DNA of 64,000 nucleotides from an uncultured cyanobacterium (GTDB lineage Bacteria; Cyanobacteriota; Cyanobacteriia; Cyanobacteriales; CAWCAG01): NCBI GenBank assembly GCA_963803805.1, contig CAWDOD010000002.1, positions 960,001 to 1,024,000 of the forward strand, read 5' to 3'. Shown piece by piece: positions 62,371 to 64,000 of this stretch (position 1 is its first letter; each line of letters starts with the position of its first letter). The notes under the pieces were generated by a model. It saw only the letters and a program-made list of their open reading frames with translations, ran no database searches and was not told where the DNA came from. The position numbers and the translations under genes were made by a program.

Positions 62371-64000
62371 ATGGGTCGGTTTAGGCTTTTAGTTATTGCT
62401 TTAACTAGCTTGTTGTTAGTTATTTGTAGTTCTTTTTTTAAGAGAGTTATTGCTGTTTCTCTTTGTGGAGTTTTGGGGATAAATTCTCCTGCTTGCTATT
62501 TTTTAGGACAAGGTAGAGTAGTTGCATCGGTTCCTCCTGGTGGTGAGAAAGAAACTATCTTTGCTCAGGATATTGATATTTTCAGAAATGATGATAGTAA
62601 TAGTTCTGGTAACAGTGATATTGATATTTTTCGTAATGATGGAGGTGATAATACTCCTTCAAATTCTGATATAAATATTTTTAGTAATCCTAACCCTTCT
62701 CAGCAAGATACTACTATCAATAATTCTCAAGTATCTACAGCAAACGCCATAGTCTTTGGATTACCTTCTATAGAAAAGTTATCTTCTGATTCATTTGCGC
62801 TTACGGTACCTAGTAATAAAGGATGTAAGTTTAAGTCTACGGTAAAAAGTAATGAAGATAGTATTTATCAAGAATCTATAAGTTTTTTTCCATCCAACAC
62901 TGAAGAATGCGGGTCTAAACCTTTTATAGCTCAAATTGTTCGAGGAGGTAAAGTAATTGAAATCCAACAAGAAGATCAACCAGGATTATTTGTTATAGAA
63001 CAGATAAGTAATGAATCTATCAAAATAACCCATCAGTTAATAAATAATTCTACTAATTTAGTATTGACTAGAGTGACTAGTGATCAGGTAAAAGCTGTTT
63101 ACCAAAATGCTCAAGGCAAAACAGAGCTTGGCACTTTTCCAATTCCTAATGAAAGAATTTCTGAACTAGAGCAAAATAAATCTCTTTTTTATAAAAACAC
63201 TAAACCTCAAGGCAAAAGCTTAAAAATCAACCAAGAAAAAATTGACAAACTATGCAATTTTGGCAAAGGTGTTTGTAATCAGTTGTCTGCTCTCAGTAAA
63301 TCAGTACTAATTTACACAGCAGGTTGGGCAGCAGCAGGAAATTTGGTTCCTGCTATAGGTGCAGCTCTATCAAATCCAGCGACTGCGGCTGCGCTTACTA
63401 CCCTTACTGGAGCAATGGCAGCAGGAGGAGCAGCAGCTACGTTAGCAAATTTTGGTTGCTGGTTTATGTTTGGAGGTGGATTACCTGATATACCTCTACT
63501 TCCAAAAGGGCCACAGCAATTAAATGAAGTAGCTTATACATTGTCTAGTGATTTAGCAAGTGAGACAGGCGTAGATAAACCCATAAATGAAGGTTTGGCC
63601 AAAATACGTGAAAAACTTAATCTTGACTTGTGTGACAAAGATGATGAACCCGAAATTGCTGAAACTCCTCGCTCTGGCGATCTAACCACAGGTACAAGCT
63701 ACGGCGATCCCCACCTCATCACCTTTGATGGCTTCCGCTATAGCTTCCAAACCGTAGGAGAATACATCCTCGCCAAATCCCTTAGTGGTGACTTTGAACT
63801 GCAAACTCGTCAGGCCCCTGTACCTGGAAGACAACTTTCCCTCAACGCTGGTGCAGCAATGAAAGTAGGAAGCGATCGCATCGCCTTCTACGCCAAATTC
63901 TTCCCCGACTCCGACACCTCAACTCCTTTACGTGTCAACGGTGTACCTACAACAATTCAAGGAGAATCCCTTTCCTTACCAGGAGGAGGCACAATCTATA
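62371..64000 (+). CDS. Exported VWD (von Willebrand factor type D)-domain protein, 3' partial
   Basis: Frame from ATG 62371 hand-translated without a stop through the VWD start (MGRFRLLVIALTSLLLVICSS...); GTSYGDPHLITFDGFRYSFQTVGEYILAKS from ~63691; absent from ORF track, consistent with no stop before the window edge. Confidence 0.88.
   Translation, partial: MGRFRLLVIALTSLLLVICSSFFKRVIAVSLCGVLGINSPACYFLGQGRVVASVPPGGEKETIFAQDIDIFRNDDSNSSGNSDIDIFRNDGGDNTPSNSDINIFSNPNPSQQDTTINNSQVSTANAIVFGLPSIEKLSSDSFALTVPSNKGCKFKSTVKSNEDSIYQESISFFPSNTEECGSKPFIAQIVRGGKVIEIQQEDQPGLFVIEQISNESIKITHQLINNSTNLVLTRVTSDQVKAVYQNAQGKTELGTFPIPNERISELEQNKSLFYKNTKPQGKSLKINQEKIDKLCNFGKGVCNQLSALSKSVLIYTAGWAAAGNLVPAIGAALSNPATAAALTTLTGAMAAGGAAATLANFGCWFMFGGGLPDIPLLPKGPQQLNEVAYTLSSDLASETGVDKPINEGLAKIREKLNLDLCDKDDEPEIAETPRSGDLTTGTSYGDPHLITFDGFRYSFQTVGEYILAKSLSGDFELQTRQAPVPGRQLSLNAGAAMKVGSDRIAFYAKFFPDSDTSTPLRVNGVPTTIQGESLSLPGGGTIY

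Noticed and set aside
1243-62979. Many 60-110 aa ORFs antisense to or overlapping real genes (e.g. 7331-7642, 16730-17059, 27666-28001, 62791-62979)
   Set aside because: Shadow ORFs of well-supported genes with no independent motifs

Overview
Cyanobacterial chromosomal window, identified by abundant HIP1 GCGATCGC octamers, ndhM, cyanobacterial rpoZ, COP23 and an NrrA-type regulator. Protein style suggests a non-heterocystous lineage (inference only). Most of it is core genome: nrrA-like regulator with an NtcA promoter, tRNA-Val(GAC), yajQ, cobD, HU, pilMNOQ, bioY, lspA, cobM, lgt, rpoZ, RNase R-like, ubiX, aroK, rpsD, ureF, thiL, ndhM and leuD. Points of interest: (1) three ~150-bp tandem units between cobM and lgt, each built like a complete sRNA gene (TCCGGA at -35, GGTAGATGCACC 5' end, own terminator), resembling the heterocyst sRNA NsiR1 but with no hetF alongside; (2) a Rieske oxygenase / alpha-oxoamine synthase (SPT-like) / bCerS-like N-acyltransferase operon with a divergent MFS transporter, a candidate sphingolipid-like pathway; (3) a decayed DUF4157-type toxin/immunity-like island with IS982 and direct repeats; (4) a Yfr2 sRNA, a HIP1-targeted in-frame mini-insertion, a pseudo-histidine kinase and an unlisted VWD-domain ORF running off the right edge. 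Three conserved genes (J-domain, pilM, PP2C) each carry one lesion that may be a sequencing error.
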